Shown here: in pieces, positions 19,503 through 30,182 of the stretch | Layout: every line of letters starts with the position of its first letter | Position numbering within the stretch: position 1 is the stretch's first letter | Source of the DNA: Syntrophales bacterium | GTDB lineage: Bacteria; Desulfobacterota; Syntrophia; Syntrophales; UBA4778 | Length of the DNA: 64,000 nucleotides | Direction of reading: 5' to 3' | NCBI GenBank assembly: GCA_963665615.2 | Contig: CAXXQE010000006.1 | Location: 372,001-436,000, forward strand | Made by a program: the position numbers and the translations under genes | The notes under the pieces: model-generated | What the model saw: only the letters and a program-made list of their open reading frames with translations | Told to the model about the DNA's origin: nothing | The model's database searches: none

Positions 19503-20261
19503 TCATGGTCCGCCCTTGACGTAAATAATCTGCCCCGAAACGAAGCTCGCTTCATCCGAAGCCAGGAAAAGGACGACATTGGCCACTTCATCCGGCGTCC
19601 CCATTCTTCTCAAGGGCACTTGGGCGATCGTAAACTTCTCCACATCACTCAAATACAGTCCCTTGCGCTTGGCAAGTTCCCGCGTCATCATTGTATCGAC
19701 AAAATCGGGCGCCACACAGTTGACATTAATATTATGACGTCCCAACTCCAGTGCGAGGGCCTGAGTAAATCCCCACATGGCGGAACTCGCCGTAGCATAC
19801 CCCGATTGACCGCGATCCCCCAGATTGGCGGGAACCGGCGCCGAGAAATTAACGATCTTACCGTAGTTCTGCCGAATCATGTACTTCTGAGCGGCCCGCG
19901 TGCAGTTGAAACTGCCCTTGGTCTGAACTAACAGGGCCTGGTCCCATTGATCTTCCGTCAATAAATGGATCGGAATATCTTTCCTGGAAGCGGCATTATT
20001 GACCAGGATGTGAACCTCGCCGAATCGCTCGGCCACCTGCTCGAACATGGGTTCGACCTGGTTCCAGTCGGTTACGTTTACGCCGATGGCGATGGCCTCG
20101 CCACCGGCGTCCGTAATTCTCTCCACAACGGTTTGGGCAAAGGTGGGTTCGATGTCGCTCACGACAACCCTGGCGCCTTCTTCAGCCAATCGCATCGCAA
20201 TGGCCCGACCGATCCCCCGTCCCGCACCCGTAACAACAGCAACCTTGTTTTCTAATCTCAT
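19503..20261 (-). CDS. FabG-like short-chain dehydrogenase/reductase, atypical active site
   Basis: TGAGRGIG, NNAA; YATAS where YxxxK is expected. Confidence 0.85.
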   Translation of the reverse strand: MRLENKVAVVTGAGRGIGRAIAMRLAEEGARVVVSDIEPTFAQTVVERITDAGGEAIAIGVNVTDWNQVEPMFEQVAERFGEVHILVNNAASRKDIPIHLLTEDQWDQALLVQTKGSFNCTRAAQKYMIRQNYGKIVNFSAPVPANLGDRGQSGYATASSAMWGFTQALALELGRHNINVNCVAPDFVDTMMTRELAKRKGLYLSDVEKFTIAQVPLRRMGTPDEVANVVLFLASDEASFVSGQIIYVKGGP

Positions 20262-20279
20262 GCGCCTTCCGTATAAACA

Positions 20280-21533
20280 CTATTTTTGCGGACGCGGGAT
20301 GCTTGGTTTAAAGCCCGGAATATTATCCGGCACTTTCGCACGTCCTCCCAGGGGGGGAACATGCGCGCCGGCCTTCTCGGCAAGCTCCATCTTGATGGCG
20401 CCCTCGACCTTGCAGCCGATGACGCACTGGCCGCATCCCACGCACTTGTCGGGATCGATATACGCCTTGACCTTGCCCGTGGACGGATCCTTCTTCCCTT
20501 CGATAACCTTGAAGGTGCAACGCGGGAAACAATCCTGGGTACAGCCTTCGCAAGCGCTCTGATTCACCACGGCGCGATAAGGTGACGGATGCACGCCTTC
20601 CCACGGCTGGCTGCTGTACAGGTGCAACGGGACCAGCCAGTTGCAGCAGTCGCGGCAGCAATTGCAGGCCACAACCCATGAATCACCCATATGCACCATC
20701 ATCTGGTCCTGCTCGCCGCGGATCATCACTTCCAGCCATTCCTCACCGGCATACTTGTAGAGCTGACCCCGCTTGTCCTTCACCTCGGTGTTGACATCCC
20801 GGCCGGGCATGCCGTCAAACAGGGCGCCGCAGGTCCAGAGCGGGAAATCGCAGCCACGGGCCCGGGTCCGGCATGTACAGACTCGGGAATAGATGCCGTT
20901 CTGCCCCTTCTTGGCAATCTCTCGCATATCCCAGTCAGGGAGAATTTCCGTTCCCTGCACCTCGCTTTTTTCCAACGCCGTGATCGCAGGCATGATGCCG
21001 AATGAACGGGCCAAACCGCCCGGCCCGCCCAGCTGTTCCATCGTACGATGCACCAGTTCGTTGGGGCGCTGCCATCGATACCACTCTTCGTAAAAGAACT
21101 TATTCCAGAGCTCACAGAGCTCTTCGCTGTTCTTGTCAAACCGCCCCCATAAATCCTGGGCAGTGGCTTTCGACGTCTTGGGGGCATACTTCCCTCCCAT
21201 CGTCCACAGCATCTGGTCGCTGGCGCTCTCTACGCTCCAGACCGGCGCAGGTTGGATGTACGTAACCGTCCCGTCCTCGTTGGGGATCTCCATCATCAGA
21301 CCCACATCATACATCCTGTCGAGCTGGTCCTTTACGATCTTGGGGTCGCGATTCACCGCCTTGGCCAGCGACTCAACCGTTCCCGGCATCGCCAGCAGGA
21401 GCTCGGCTTCCTCCGCGCTCATCGCGAGCTGCATGATTTTGCGAAGGGTCTCGGACGCAGGATAATCGAGTCTGCGCAACAAGGCATCATAAGGATCTCT
21501 GACGGGAAGTGGATTCAACCATATACTTGTCAT
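20280..21533 (-). CDS. Uncharacterised Cys-rich 4Fe-4S protein (tandem copy 2)
   Basis: VCTCR, WTCG, ACNCCRDCC, CEGCTQDCFPRC, CVGCGQCVIGC. Confidence 0.85.
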   Translation of the reverse strand: MTSIWLNPLPVRDPYDALLRRLDYPASETLRKIMQLAMSAEEAELLLAMPGTVESLAKAVNRDPKIVKDQLDRMYDVGLMMEIPNEDGTVTYIQPAPVWSVESASDQMLWTMGGKYAPKTSKATAQDLWGRFDKNSEELCELWNKFFYEEWYRWQRPNELVHRTMEQLGGPGGLARSFGIMPAITALEKSEVQGTEILPDWDMREIAKKGQNGIYSRVCTCRTRARGCDFPLWTCGALFDGMPGRDVNTEVKDKRGQLYKYAGEEWLEVMIRGEQDQMMVHMGDSWVVACNCCRDCCNWLVPLHLYSSQPWEGVHPSPYRAVVNQSACEGCTQDCFPRCTFKVIEGKKDPSTGKVKAYIDPDKCVGCGQCVIGCKVEGAIKMELAEKAGAHVPPLGGRAKVPDNIPGFKPSIPRPQK

Positions 21534-22795
21534 AGTTTTTCTCCTGGGTACGCCTTCCCGGAAATATTCCGAGTGGGCTTGATTATGCTTTCAGGCACTT
21601 TTGCCCTGCCGTCCATGACAGGCACACGGGCCCCGGCCTTTTCCGCCAACTCCAATTTAATCGCGCCTTGAACCTTACAGCCAATAACACACTGGCCGCA
21701 TCCGACGCACTTGTTGGGATCGACATACGCCTTTGTTTTACCGGTAGAAGGATCTTTGACCGCCTCCATCACCTTGAAAGCGCAGCGGGGGAAACAGTCC
21801 TGAGTACACCCTTCGCATACCTCCTTGTTGACCACGGCGCGGTATGGCGATGCCCCGACCCCTTCCCAGGGCTCGGCCGAATACATCCGAAGAGGCGCCA
21901 GCCAGTTGCAGCAGTCACGGCAGCAGTTACAGGCAACGAGCCACGATGCGCCCATATGAACGATCATATGGTCTTCTTCACCGCGAATCATGACCTCCAG
22001 CCACTCCTCGCCGGAATATTTGTAGAGTTGCTGACGCCTGTCATCCAGATTGATAATGGCCTCTCTGCCCGGCATTTCGTCCCAAAAAGCGCCGCAGGTC
22101 CAGAGCGGGTAATCACACCCCCGGTGTCGGGTACGGCAAGAGCAGTTTCGGCTATACATGCCCTTTTCTCCCCGTTTAGCAAATTCCCGAATGTCGTGAT
22201 CAAGGAGAATCTCCGTTCCCAAGGCCTCGCTTTTTTCCAGGGCCCTGGCGGCAGGCAACATCCCGAGCGACCGGGCCAAGCCTTCTGAACCGCCGAGCAT
22301 ATCCACATTGCGGTGCACCAACTCGTTGGGGCGTTGCCACCGGTACCACTCTTCATAGAAAAACTTGTTCCAGAGTTCGCAGAGTTTTTCCGTCTTCTCA
22401 TCAAACCGACCCCAGAGTTCCTGTCCCGTGAGGGTGACCGATTTCTGAATATGCGTGCCGCCCAGCGCCCACAGCATCTGGTCGCTGGTGGTTTCGATAC
22501 TCCAGAACGGCGTGGGTTGGGTATACATCACCGTGCCGTCCGGATTCGGATATTCCATAACCAGACCGGTGTAGTACATCCTGTCAAGTTGATCCTTGAC
22601 GAGTTTCGGGTCCCGATTCAGCTTGGCGGCAAGCTGATCAGGCGTGCCGGGCATCGCCAGCAAAAGCTCGGCCTCTTCCACGCTCATCATAAGCTCCAGA
22701 ATCTGACGAAGCGTCGCCGAACTGGGGAAACGCAGCTTACGCGTTATAGCGTCATAGGCATCTCTAACCGGCAGGGGTGTTAACCAATTACCCAT
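21530..22795 (-). CDS. Uncharacterised Cys-rich 4Fe-4S protein (tandem copy 1)
   Basis: Close paralog of 20280..21533, ATGA overlap, strong AGGAGG RBS. Confidence 0.85.
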   Translation of the reverse strand: MGNWLTPLPVRDAYDAITRKLRFPSSATLRQILELMMSVEEAELLLAMPGTPDQLAAKLNRDPKLVKDQLDRMYYTGLVMEYPNPDGTVMYTQPTPFWSIETTSDQMLWALGGTHIQKSVTLTGQELWGRFDEKTEKLCELWNKFFYEEWYRWQRPNELVHRNVDMLGGSEGLARSLGMLPAARALEKSEALGTEILLDHDIREFAKRGEKGMYSRNCSCRTRHRGCDYPLWTCGAFWDEMPGREAIINLDDRRQQLYKYSGEEWLEVMIRGEEDHMIVHMGASWLVACNCCRDCCNWLAPLRMYSAEPWEGVGASPYRAVVNKEVCEGCTQDCFPRCAFKVMEAVKDPSTGKTKAYVDPNKCVGCGQCVIGCKVQGAIKLELAEKAGARVPVMDGRAKVPESIIKPTRNISGKAYPGEKL

Positions 22796-23243
22796 ATTTT
22801 CTTCCTCCTTTTTTATCGTCTGTTGTATTAGCGATTCATCGTTTCATTCAAGCCAAGGGTGAACACATCATACCCCATGCCCGGAAATGCAGCCACTAAA
22901 AAATCTTACTCTGAGCTATGTCAAGACCTGTCTATAAAATTGCGCTCTTCCCATTTATTTTATGGCGCCTGTGATTTGCGATACCGCTACTTCGACGGCG
23001 CGGATATCAGCATGTGAACGATAAGGTGGTCAGTGCGCAAATACCCTTCTTATTTTGAACCTCTTTTCATGCAACCATGGAGCATGTTTACAGTAAGGCA
23101 GTTTTTGTTTTATCCGAATTCTGAAGAGACTCGCCGCGCCTCCAGGAGAGCCGAAAGGTCGGCTGCGATGTTCATTTGATTGCTCATCGACATTGTGACG
23201 CCGTTGCGTAACACGATTGCCGCTGCGTGCCACGTACGTCCGC

Positions 23244-23281
23244 TACAGCGGGAGTTGAGCACTGGCTCAACTCCCGCTGTA
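23244..23281. terminator. Strong stem-loop downstream of the MMPL gene
   Basis: Perfect 17-bp stem TACAGCGGGAGTTGAGC / GCTCAACTCCCGCTGTA; no clear U-tract. Confidence 0.55.
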
Positions 23282-23356
23282 AGATGGACTTTAATTCATG
23301 GATGTATTCTCAATTTTCATTCAGTGGCTTTTTCCGCCGCCGAAACATTGGCCTTC

Positions 23357-25813
23357 TTATTTCTTATCTATGCCAACGAGATATACATCACCCGTTTCAT
23401 CAGCACGGCCCAGAATAAACCGCGACAGCGCCGGAATGAAAACGAGCGCACCAAACATGTTGTAAAGGAACATAAACGACAGCAGGATGCCCATATCGGC
23501 CTGGAATTTGATGGGCGACCAGGCCCAAGTGACAACCGCTCCCGAAAGGGTGATGCCGACCAGAAAGACGACCTTCCCGGTAAACTGAATGGCGCGTTTG
23601 TATGCCTCTCTCAATGAGAGCCCCGCCCGCATGTGCCCCAGCTGAACGCTCAAAAGATAAAGAGCATAGTCAACGCCGACGCCGACGCCCAGCGCAATCA
23701 CGGGGAGGGTGGCTACCTTTACGCCAATGCCCAGAATAACCATCAGCGCTTCGCAAAGAATAGAGGTCAGCACAAGAGGAATCACCGCGACAACCACGGC
23801 GCGCCAACTGCGGAAGGTAATGAAGCACAGCAGGATAACGGACAGATAGACATAAAACATCATCGTGCGGTTTGTCTGCTTGACGACGATGTTGGTGGCC
23901 GCATCGATTCCGGCGCTCCCCGCCGCTAACAGAAACTGTCTGTCTTTATTGTTGTGCTTATCGCCAAATTCTGCAGCTGCATTTACAACACGGTCCAGCG
24001 TTTCCGCTTTATGATCGGCCAAGTACGCGATCATGGGCATGACGGTTGCCGTATCATTGTAAACGCCCGGCTTCATATTCAATGCCTGCGATACAGCCCA
24101 ATTCAGCGACCCCGGATTACGCGGCAGATAGAACCATTTAGAACTGCCTTCGGAGAAATTACTGTTGATAGCGCGAACGATATCAACGAGGGTTTGTACG
24201 GTCTTAACCCCTTCGACATCTCCCAGCACGCGCGCAAGCCGATCCGCCTCGATGAGCGTCTGGTAAGACGTGCAGCCTTCCTGCGGGGTTTTCACAATAA
24301 TAGCGAACTGGTCGCTGGAAAGCCCGAAATTGGCATTGATGAAGGCATTATCCAGATTATAGCGTGAATTGGGACGCAATTCCGGCGCCCCGGGATCCAG
24401 ATCGCCGATCTTGGCATGACTGCCGATGACGCCGCCGATAATCCCAAGGATAACAATCGCGACCAAGGCCCCTATGGCCCAACTCCGCCTCTCCGCAAAC
24501 CGGTTGAGGAAGTCCCACAAAATCCCGAGGCCCTTTCCGCTTTCTTGCTCAGATTCCTCGAGCAGACTCCTCTTGGCTGCCACAGGGCTGACGCCCACAA
24601 AGGAAAGGCAGACCGGCAACAGGATAAGGTTGGTAAATATGAGGACGCCGACTCCGATGCTTGCCATCATGGCCAGGTCCTGAATAACAGGAATCTGGAT
24701 CAGCATCAACACTGCAAAGGCCACAACGTTGGCCGAAAGCGCCGTCACACCGGGAAGGAAGAGACGGCGGAAGGTATAGCGCGCGGCAACCAGTTTGTGT
24801 GTTCCGCGACCGACGTCCTGCATGATGCCGTTCATTTTCTGCGCACCATGAGACACGCCGATTGCAAAAATGAGGAAGGGCACCAGGATCGAGTACGGAT
24901 CCAACTCAAAGCCGAGCGTGGTAATAAGGCCCAACATCCACATAACCGCGACAACCGAACAGCACAGCAACAGAATCGTGCTGCGCACGCAGCGGGTGTA
25001 TAGATAAATAACAGTGGCTGCAATGATAATGGCAAAAAGAAAGAAGTAAATGATCTTCGTCAGACCTTCAATGAGATCGCCGACGATCTTCGCGAAACCC
25101 GTTATATGAATCTTGATCAGCCCCTTGCTCTCGGCCGTATACTTCTCTCTAATTTTTTCGATATCTCTTGAAAACTTTTTGTAGTCGAGACGCTTGCCCG
25201 TTTCCTGATCCTTATCGAGCAGGGAAACCACGATCAGATTCGATTTCAGATTTGGCGAAACAAGGGTGCCGACCGCATCCGAAAAGCCGATATTGCGCCG
25301 CAGTTCGTCTATCTTAGCCTGCGATCCATCGAACCTGTCCGGCATCACCTGACCGCCTAAAAAGCCTTCTTCCGTGATCATGTTCCAGCGCACGGCCGCC
25401 ATCCAGATCGATTTCTGCCAGGCGCGTTCCACGCCGTAGCTCAGGTACACCGCATCATTGACATTCTTCAGCAGGTCTAGATACTTGGGATTGTACATAT
25501 CCCCCTGGCCGGTATATTCGACCGCGATACGGATCGCATTGCCGAGCCCCCCCAGCTGGCTTTTATTCTCCAGATAGTTCTTGATATAGGGGTGCTTCTG
25601 GGGAAGCATTTTATCAAAACTCGCGTTCAATTCCAGTTTCGACGCCTTGTACCCCAGCAGCAGGGTTGCCAAGATGCAGAGGATGATGACGAGAAACCTG
25701 TTATTGAAAATAAGACGTTCAAGAACATTGCCTGATGACGCGTCAAAATCTTTAATATCGCGTACAACAGGCATTCGGTCAATTTCTTCTTCAGTTTTTA
25801 TTTTGGTAACCAT
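23357..25813 (-). CDS. RND/MMPL-family transporter
   Basis: Two repeats of periplasmic domain plus TM bundle; AIGVSHG and GVGVDY motifs; typical partner of DUF1302/DUF1329. Confidence 0.9.
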   Translation of the reverse strand: MVTKIKTEEEIDRMPVVRDIKDFDASSGNVLERLIFNNRFLVIILCILATLLLGYKASKLELNASFDKMLPQKHPYIKNYLENKSQLGGLGNAIRIAVEYTGQGDMYNPKYLDLLKNVNDAVYLSYGVERAWQKSIWMAAVRWNMITEEGFLGGQVMPDRFDGSQAKIDELRRNIGFSDAVGTLVSPNLKSNLIVVSLLDKDQETGKRLDYKKFSRDIEKIREKYTAESKGLIKIHITGFAKIVGDLIEGLTKIIYFFLFAIIIAATVIYLYTRCVRSTILLLCCSVVAVMWMLGLITTLGFELDPYSILVPFLIFAIGVSHGAQKMNGIMQDVGRGTHKLVAARYTFRRLFLPGVTALSANVVAFAVLMLIQIPVIQDLAMMASIGVGVLIFTNLILLPVCLSFVGVSPVAAKRSLLEESEQESGKGLGILWDFLNRFAERRSWAIGALVAIVILGIIGGVIGSHAKIGDLDPGAPELRPNSRYNLDNAFINANFGLSSDQFAIIVKTPQEGCTSYQTLIEADRLARVLGDVEGVKTVQTLVDIVRAINSNFSEGSSKWFYLPRNPGSLNWAVSQALNMKPGVYNDTATVMPMIAYLADHKAETLDRVVNAAAEFGDKHNNKDRQFLLAAGSAGIDAATNIVVKQTNRTMMFYVYLSVILLCFITFRSWRAVVVAVIPLVLTSILCEALMVILGIGVKVATLPVIALGVGVGVDYALYLLSVQLGHMRAGLSLREAYKRAIQFTGKVVFLVGITLSGAVVTWAWSPIKFQADMGILLSFMFLYNMFGALVFIPALSRFILGRADETGDVYLVGIDKK

Positions 25814-25827
25814 TTTCTATCTCCATT

Positions 25828-26883
25828 TTATTTCAACTTCAGGACTCTCATACCGCCAAAGCCGGCAACAACAATTGTATCGCTATCCAGCATTTCCACT
25901 GAAGTCCCTGAAATTTTGCCGTCAACTTTGACCTGATTGAATGCCGTGCCATCCTCGTTGCTCAACAGGATATTGCCGCCGTTGGTGAGTAGTATGATCT
26001 GTCCCTTTGCGGTCACCATTCCACCGGTAAAGGTAGCAGTCAAACCCGTTTCAATTTTTTTCCAGGTGGCGCCGTTGTTGCCGCTGCGGTACAGGTTGCC
26101 GCGCATTCCGTAGGCAACCATGACGCCGCGCTTCCCTAAAACGCCGAAATACGTGCCCGGATAGGGCATATCGATTTTACGGAAACGCGATGTCTTGCGA
26201 TCGAGCTTCATAAGGAGGCCTTGCTCCCCGGAAATGAAGAGATCGCCATCGATCGCTTTTATCGAGTACAGGTGAAACCCGGATGGATTCTCCGTACGGT
26301 CGCACCACGGCGTCCAATTTTTCCCGCCATCTTCGGTGCGGAAGATCAGATTAAAAGCGCCAACGATGAATCCGCTTTTCTCGTTTTCAAAATAAACATC
26401 CAGCAGCGGTTTATCCGATCCCTCAGAGGCGATCCTCTCAATATCCGTCTTAAGCTTCTGATCTGCCAGCGGATGTTCTTTGTAGTATTTGGACAGCAGC
26501 TGGCAGGCAATTTTGCCGTCAAACTGTTTGCTCCACTTAAGGCCCCCATCCTCAGAATGTAAAACGACATGGTCTTCACCGACCGCCCACCCTTTTTGGG
26601 GCGTGGGGAAAACGACTGCTGTCAAGTTGGCGCTCACCGGAACCTCGGCCTGAATCCATTTCTTTCCTTGATCATCCGAATACAGGATCGTTCCGTACTG
26701 CCCCACGCTGACAAGGCGATTCCCCGCCTTTGCAATTCCGTTATACAAATAACTGTCCACCAGTTTTGTTTTCATTGCCGGCGTATCCAGGATATCCTGA
26801 AAGACGCTTGTGGCAGCTTGAGCGCCCCCCGCCATTGCAATGAGTGCAATCACTGCTACTATGATCATTATTTTTCGGCACAT
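25828..26883 (-). CDS. YCF48/BNR-repeat beta-propeller secreted protein
   Basis: Signal peptide; SDDQGKKW, SEDGGLKW, TEDGGKNW, SGNNGATW Asp-box repeats. Confidence 0.85.
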   Translation of the reverse strand: MCRKIMIIVAVIALIAMAGGAQAATSVFQDILDTPAMKTKLVDSYLYNGIAKAGNRLVSVGQYGTILYSDDQGKKWIQAEVPVSANLTAVVFPTPQKGWAVGEDHVVLHSEDGGLKWSKQFDGKIACQLLSKYYKEHPLADQKLKTDIERIASEGSDKPLLDVYFENEKSGFIVGAFNLIFRTEDGGKNWTPWCDRTENPSGFHLYSIKAIDGDLFISGEQGLLMKLDRKTSRFRKIDMPYPGTYFGVLGKRGVMVAYGMRGNLYRSGNNGATWKKIETGLTATFTGGMVTAKGQIILLTNGGNILLSNEDGTAFNQVKVDGKISGTSVEMLDSDTIVVAGFGGMRVLKLK

Positions 26884-27033
26884 TATTTCATCTCCCGATT
26901 TTGTACCCTTCATTTCTTTTTCCCTATATTTTAGAATGTTCCTTCAAATCCTGAAGACCCCTCCAAATCCAACCAAGGACAACATCAGCTCCCGACATCA
27001 CACTATTTACACTTACACGTACTGAATGGTAGT

Positions 27034-27074
27034 GAGGCAAGCGCCCCTCGAACCAACCGAGAAGCGCTTGCCTC
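27034..27074. other. Intercistronic stem-loop (possible mRNA stabiliser)
   Basis: GAGGCAAGCGC...GCGCTTGCCTC after the DUF1329 stop codon. Confidence 0.5.
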
Positions 27075-27103
27075 TATGAACAACCTACACCGTTAAATCA
27101 TCA

Positions 27104-28494
27104 TTAGCGAATATTCGCTGTCATCAGCTGATCCGGTGCCCACTCCGATTCCGGTCTCTTCACATCGTGGATATGATATCCGCCGTTGCTCTTGAAGGCC
27201 GGATAGCCGAAAAGGCATGCGCCATTATTCAAATTGTAGACAATAAACGCCTCGGCAAAGAAGGCGCCCAGATCGCCCGTCTCATAATTCTGACAGGTCA
27301 CGTTGTAATCGACTTTGTAGAGCTTGTCGGCATTGTCATAGATATCCTGCCAGATAGCGGTCCAGCTGTCCTCGTCGATATAGAACACGCGCTTTTTGTA
27401 AATATGCCGTGCGCCTGGCTTCAGCGTGGCTTCCACGATCCATACCCTGTGCAATTCGAAGCGCAGCATGTCCGGGTTGACATGGTTTTTCGTGAAAATG
27501 CCCTTATCGTCGATCGGATAGGCCAGCTTGTAGCAATTATAAGGAACATACATTTCTTTTTTCCCGATGAGCTTCCAATCATAGCGCTCCAGGGATCCGT
27601 TGAACATCCACGTCTCGTCATAGGTCCAGTTGCCGTTACCATCGGAACTCGGCGTATCGAATGCCACTTGGGGGGCCAGCTTTATACGGCGCTGTCCGGG
27701 AAGGTACAAATAGGCCTTGCGCTCCTGTTCGCCGATGTTTATTGGGTCTATTGCCTCTCCGGCTTCTCCTGCTTTCCGGGCTGGAGATTTGAAGAGCCAC
27801 TTACACATCCAGTACATGTTGTAATAAGGACTTGATGCAGGACGATCTTCCTGCCAATAGGGCTCCTGCTCCCAGAAATCAATTTGAGAAACCGCATAGG
27901 CGCTGCCTGCGGCATCTACGAGATCTGTGTAGATTCTTGAAAATCTGGCCTTTCCCTGATAATGCGTCAGATGATTCCACATGACCTCATGCCCATTCTT
28001 AGGAATCGGGAAGGGAATGCAGGCCCTGGCATCTTTGAGACCTTCGCCACCAGCGAGTGACTTGCGATTTTGTGGCATTTTTTACCGTGTTCTGCAGTAC
28101 CCAATCAGGGTACGCACAAGTCCTGTGAGTTTTATAGATATCTAGCCGGTAAGAGCTTCGGCCATTTTTTCAACAGATATTTTACGCCATCTGTCAATTT
28201 ATCGGCATACTGGCCCATGTTATTGGCGGTAATAGAAAACAGGGGTCTTTCATCTACATACGGGTCTGGTCGGAAACCTGAACCCGGATTATAGTTTGCG
28301 GGCGGGGTCTTCAAGCCGCCGGTGTAAGCCGGAATGGAGCCATCCTTATTGCCCGCTGCCTCGGCGCCGAAGAGCGTCAAGTTCTTACCCAACTGAGCCG
28401 CCTCTTCCGGAGTGGCCGCAGCAAATGCAAACACGGCCCATGCCAGCACCATCATGGCGGCAAGCACTGATATTTTCAATTTGTTCATCATCAT
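27104..28494 (-). pseudogene. DUF1329 family periplasmic protein interrupted by two +1 frameshifts (pseudogene or sequencing error)
   Basis: N-terminus (signal peptide, GAEAAGNKDGSIPAYTGG) and C-terminus (PFPIPKNG.EVMWN, YLPGQRR, RFELHRVW) are in different frames, linked by a third frame SSYRLDIYKTHRTCAYPDWVLQNTVKNATK. Confidence 0.8.
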
Positions 28495-28511
28495 TTACTC
28501 TCCTCCCTGAA

Positions 28512-30182
28512 CTAAATCTGGAATTTAAAGGTAAAGGCGATCCAGTCGCGGTCGCTGAGCGTTGCGAACGATCCTCTGTTGGCTGAGAGCGCCCCCGTCG
28601 CCGGGTTCGTATCGTAATTCCCGAAATAATGGTTATAAACCAGCGACAGATCATATTTTCCGTAAATCTGCACACCCACACCCGCGGACATGCTGCCCGC
28701 ATTATAGGTATCGGAGAACAGCAATGCCGAGGTTCCCGCGATGCCTCTGGAATACGTCAACGGCACATTCAGATCCCAGCCGGGCAATACCTGATACCAG
28801 TACTGGGTGAAATTGATTGAAATACCGACGGCGTTTTTGGTGACGCGATCGATGGCGTCGTAACCGTCACGTCCCAGGAACACATTATACGGATCGGACG
28901 TAATCTTGTCCCATTGACACCAGTTGGTTTCAAAGATGAAGTTGGCGCTTTCCCACCACAGGGCCTTGGGAACCAGAGACCAGATATTAAGCACGGCGTT
29001 CTGTGTATCGCCGCGGGCACCCCAGGTATCGCCGTCCGTGGGCAACCCAGGAGCCATAACCAAGCTGCTCTGCAGCGGCATGTTGTGCCGTCTGGAGTAC
29101 TCTGCGCCGACGGCAAAGGGGCCAACCCGTTTGCCGAAGCTGATGCCGTAAATCTCGACGCCATCCGCATAGGCAGACGCGAACTGAAAGGTGTTAGTAT
29201 CTAAGTGCAACTGGAAGAACATATCAGACGTCTTGCGGTAGTAGAAACCGAACGTGGCATCATCTAAAAATTCGGGGGTCCATTTCATTCCGATACCCCA
29301 GTTCTTGGTGGCCTGGGGCAGGGAGTCGTTGCCATGGGTCGCGGCAAACCCCGGAGCCAACACGAGTCCTATCGATCCCTTGTCGAGCATATCCGCGTTA
29401 TTGAGGTAGCTGCCCGATTCCGGGAACCGATAGCCTTCAAACTGGAAGAACCATTGACCGAAAATGCTCAGTTGGGGATTGATCGACAGGATGGCATCGA
29501 CATTGCCCAAGGGCCGGAAGAGTTCTTTGATCTCCGATCCCGGCGATCCGAACGCCTTGGCCAGGTCGATCGGCAACTGACCGTAAGACAGACCGTTGAT
29601 GGCGCCGCCGAACAGGAACGCCTCGCCCCAGTAAACCGTATGACGGCCGACTTTCACCGACAGGGGCATGTCGCCCGGAAGCATGACCTTGCCGAAGACA
29701 AAGGCATCCAGGATCTCTACGTCAGGCCCGCCGGAATATTTCTTGGCTTTATCGCCAAATCCCAGCACCTGATTGCCATTGTTATCCAAGGTATTCGAAC
29801 TCAAAACATTGGTGTTCTTCACGCCGTTATAATAAGCCTGGTCGTACCAGAAGGCGCCGGACACCCGGAATCCGTAATCTTTCTTGTAACGAAAATCGAA
29901 CTCGGACAGAATGTCGAGTCGATTGGTTACCTCGCCCTTATCGAAATTTCGATCGCCATCATCGATATTTAAATTATTAATGATAGCTGCGTCGGGATGT
30001 TTCAGACGGATACCGTAATTGTATCGGAAAGAGTTATCCCAACGTAAATCATAATCTTCGGTTCCGGTCGGAATGGTAAAGGCATCCGCCACGCTGTAAA
30101 GCCCGATCAGAAACATCACAATAAAGATCGCACTCAGCCCCAAACTCTTGCAGCCTAACAGGCATATTTGTTTCTTCTTCAT
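28512..30182 (-). CDS. DUF1302 family outer-membrane protein
   Basis: Signal peptide, DDGDRNFD, LDAFV, KVGRHTVYWGE, PGSEIKE, C-terminal DRDWIAFTFKFQI. Confidence 0.85.
   Translation of the reverse strand: MKKKQICLLGCKSLGLSAIFIVMFLIGLYSVADAFTIPTGTEDYDLRWDNSFRYNYGIRLKHPDAAIINNLNIDDGDRNFDKGEVTNRLDILSEFDFRYKKDYGFRVSGAFWYDQAYYNGVKNTNVLSSNTLDNNGNQVLGFGDKAKKYSGGPDVEILDAFVFGKVMLPGDMPLSVKVGRHTVYWGEAFLFGGAINGLSYGQLPIDLAKAFGSPGSEIKELFRPLGNVDAILSINPQLSIFGQWFFQFEGYRFPESGSYLNNADMLDKGSIGLVLAPGFAATHGNDSLPQATKNWGIGMKWTPEFLDDATFGFYYRKTSDMFFQLHLDTNTFQFASAYADGVEIYGISFGKRVGPFAVGAEYSRRHNMPLQSSLVMAPGLPTDGDTWGARGDTQNAVLNIWSLVPKALWWESANFIFETNWCQWDKITSDPYNVFLGRDGYDAIDRVTKNAVGISINFTQYWYQVLPGWDLNVPLTYSRGIAGTSALLFSDTYNAGSMSAGVGVQIYGKYDLSLVYNHYFGNYDTNPATGALSANRGSFATLSDRDWIAFTFKFQI

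Noticed and set aside
22800..23240. Possible small gene or ncRNA between the MMPL gene and the Fe-S pair
   Set aside because: Only short ORFs without RBS or recognisable motifs were found, and no RNA family could be identified by eye.
28060..28165. Programmed frameshift or selenocysteine readthrough in DUF1329
   Set aside because: Two separate shifts are needed, the stop is TAA, and no convincing slippery site coincides with the breakpoints.
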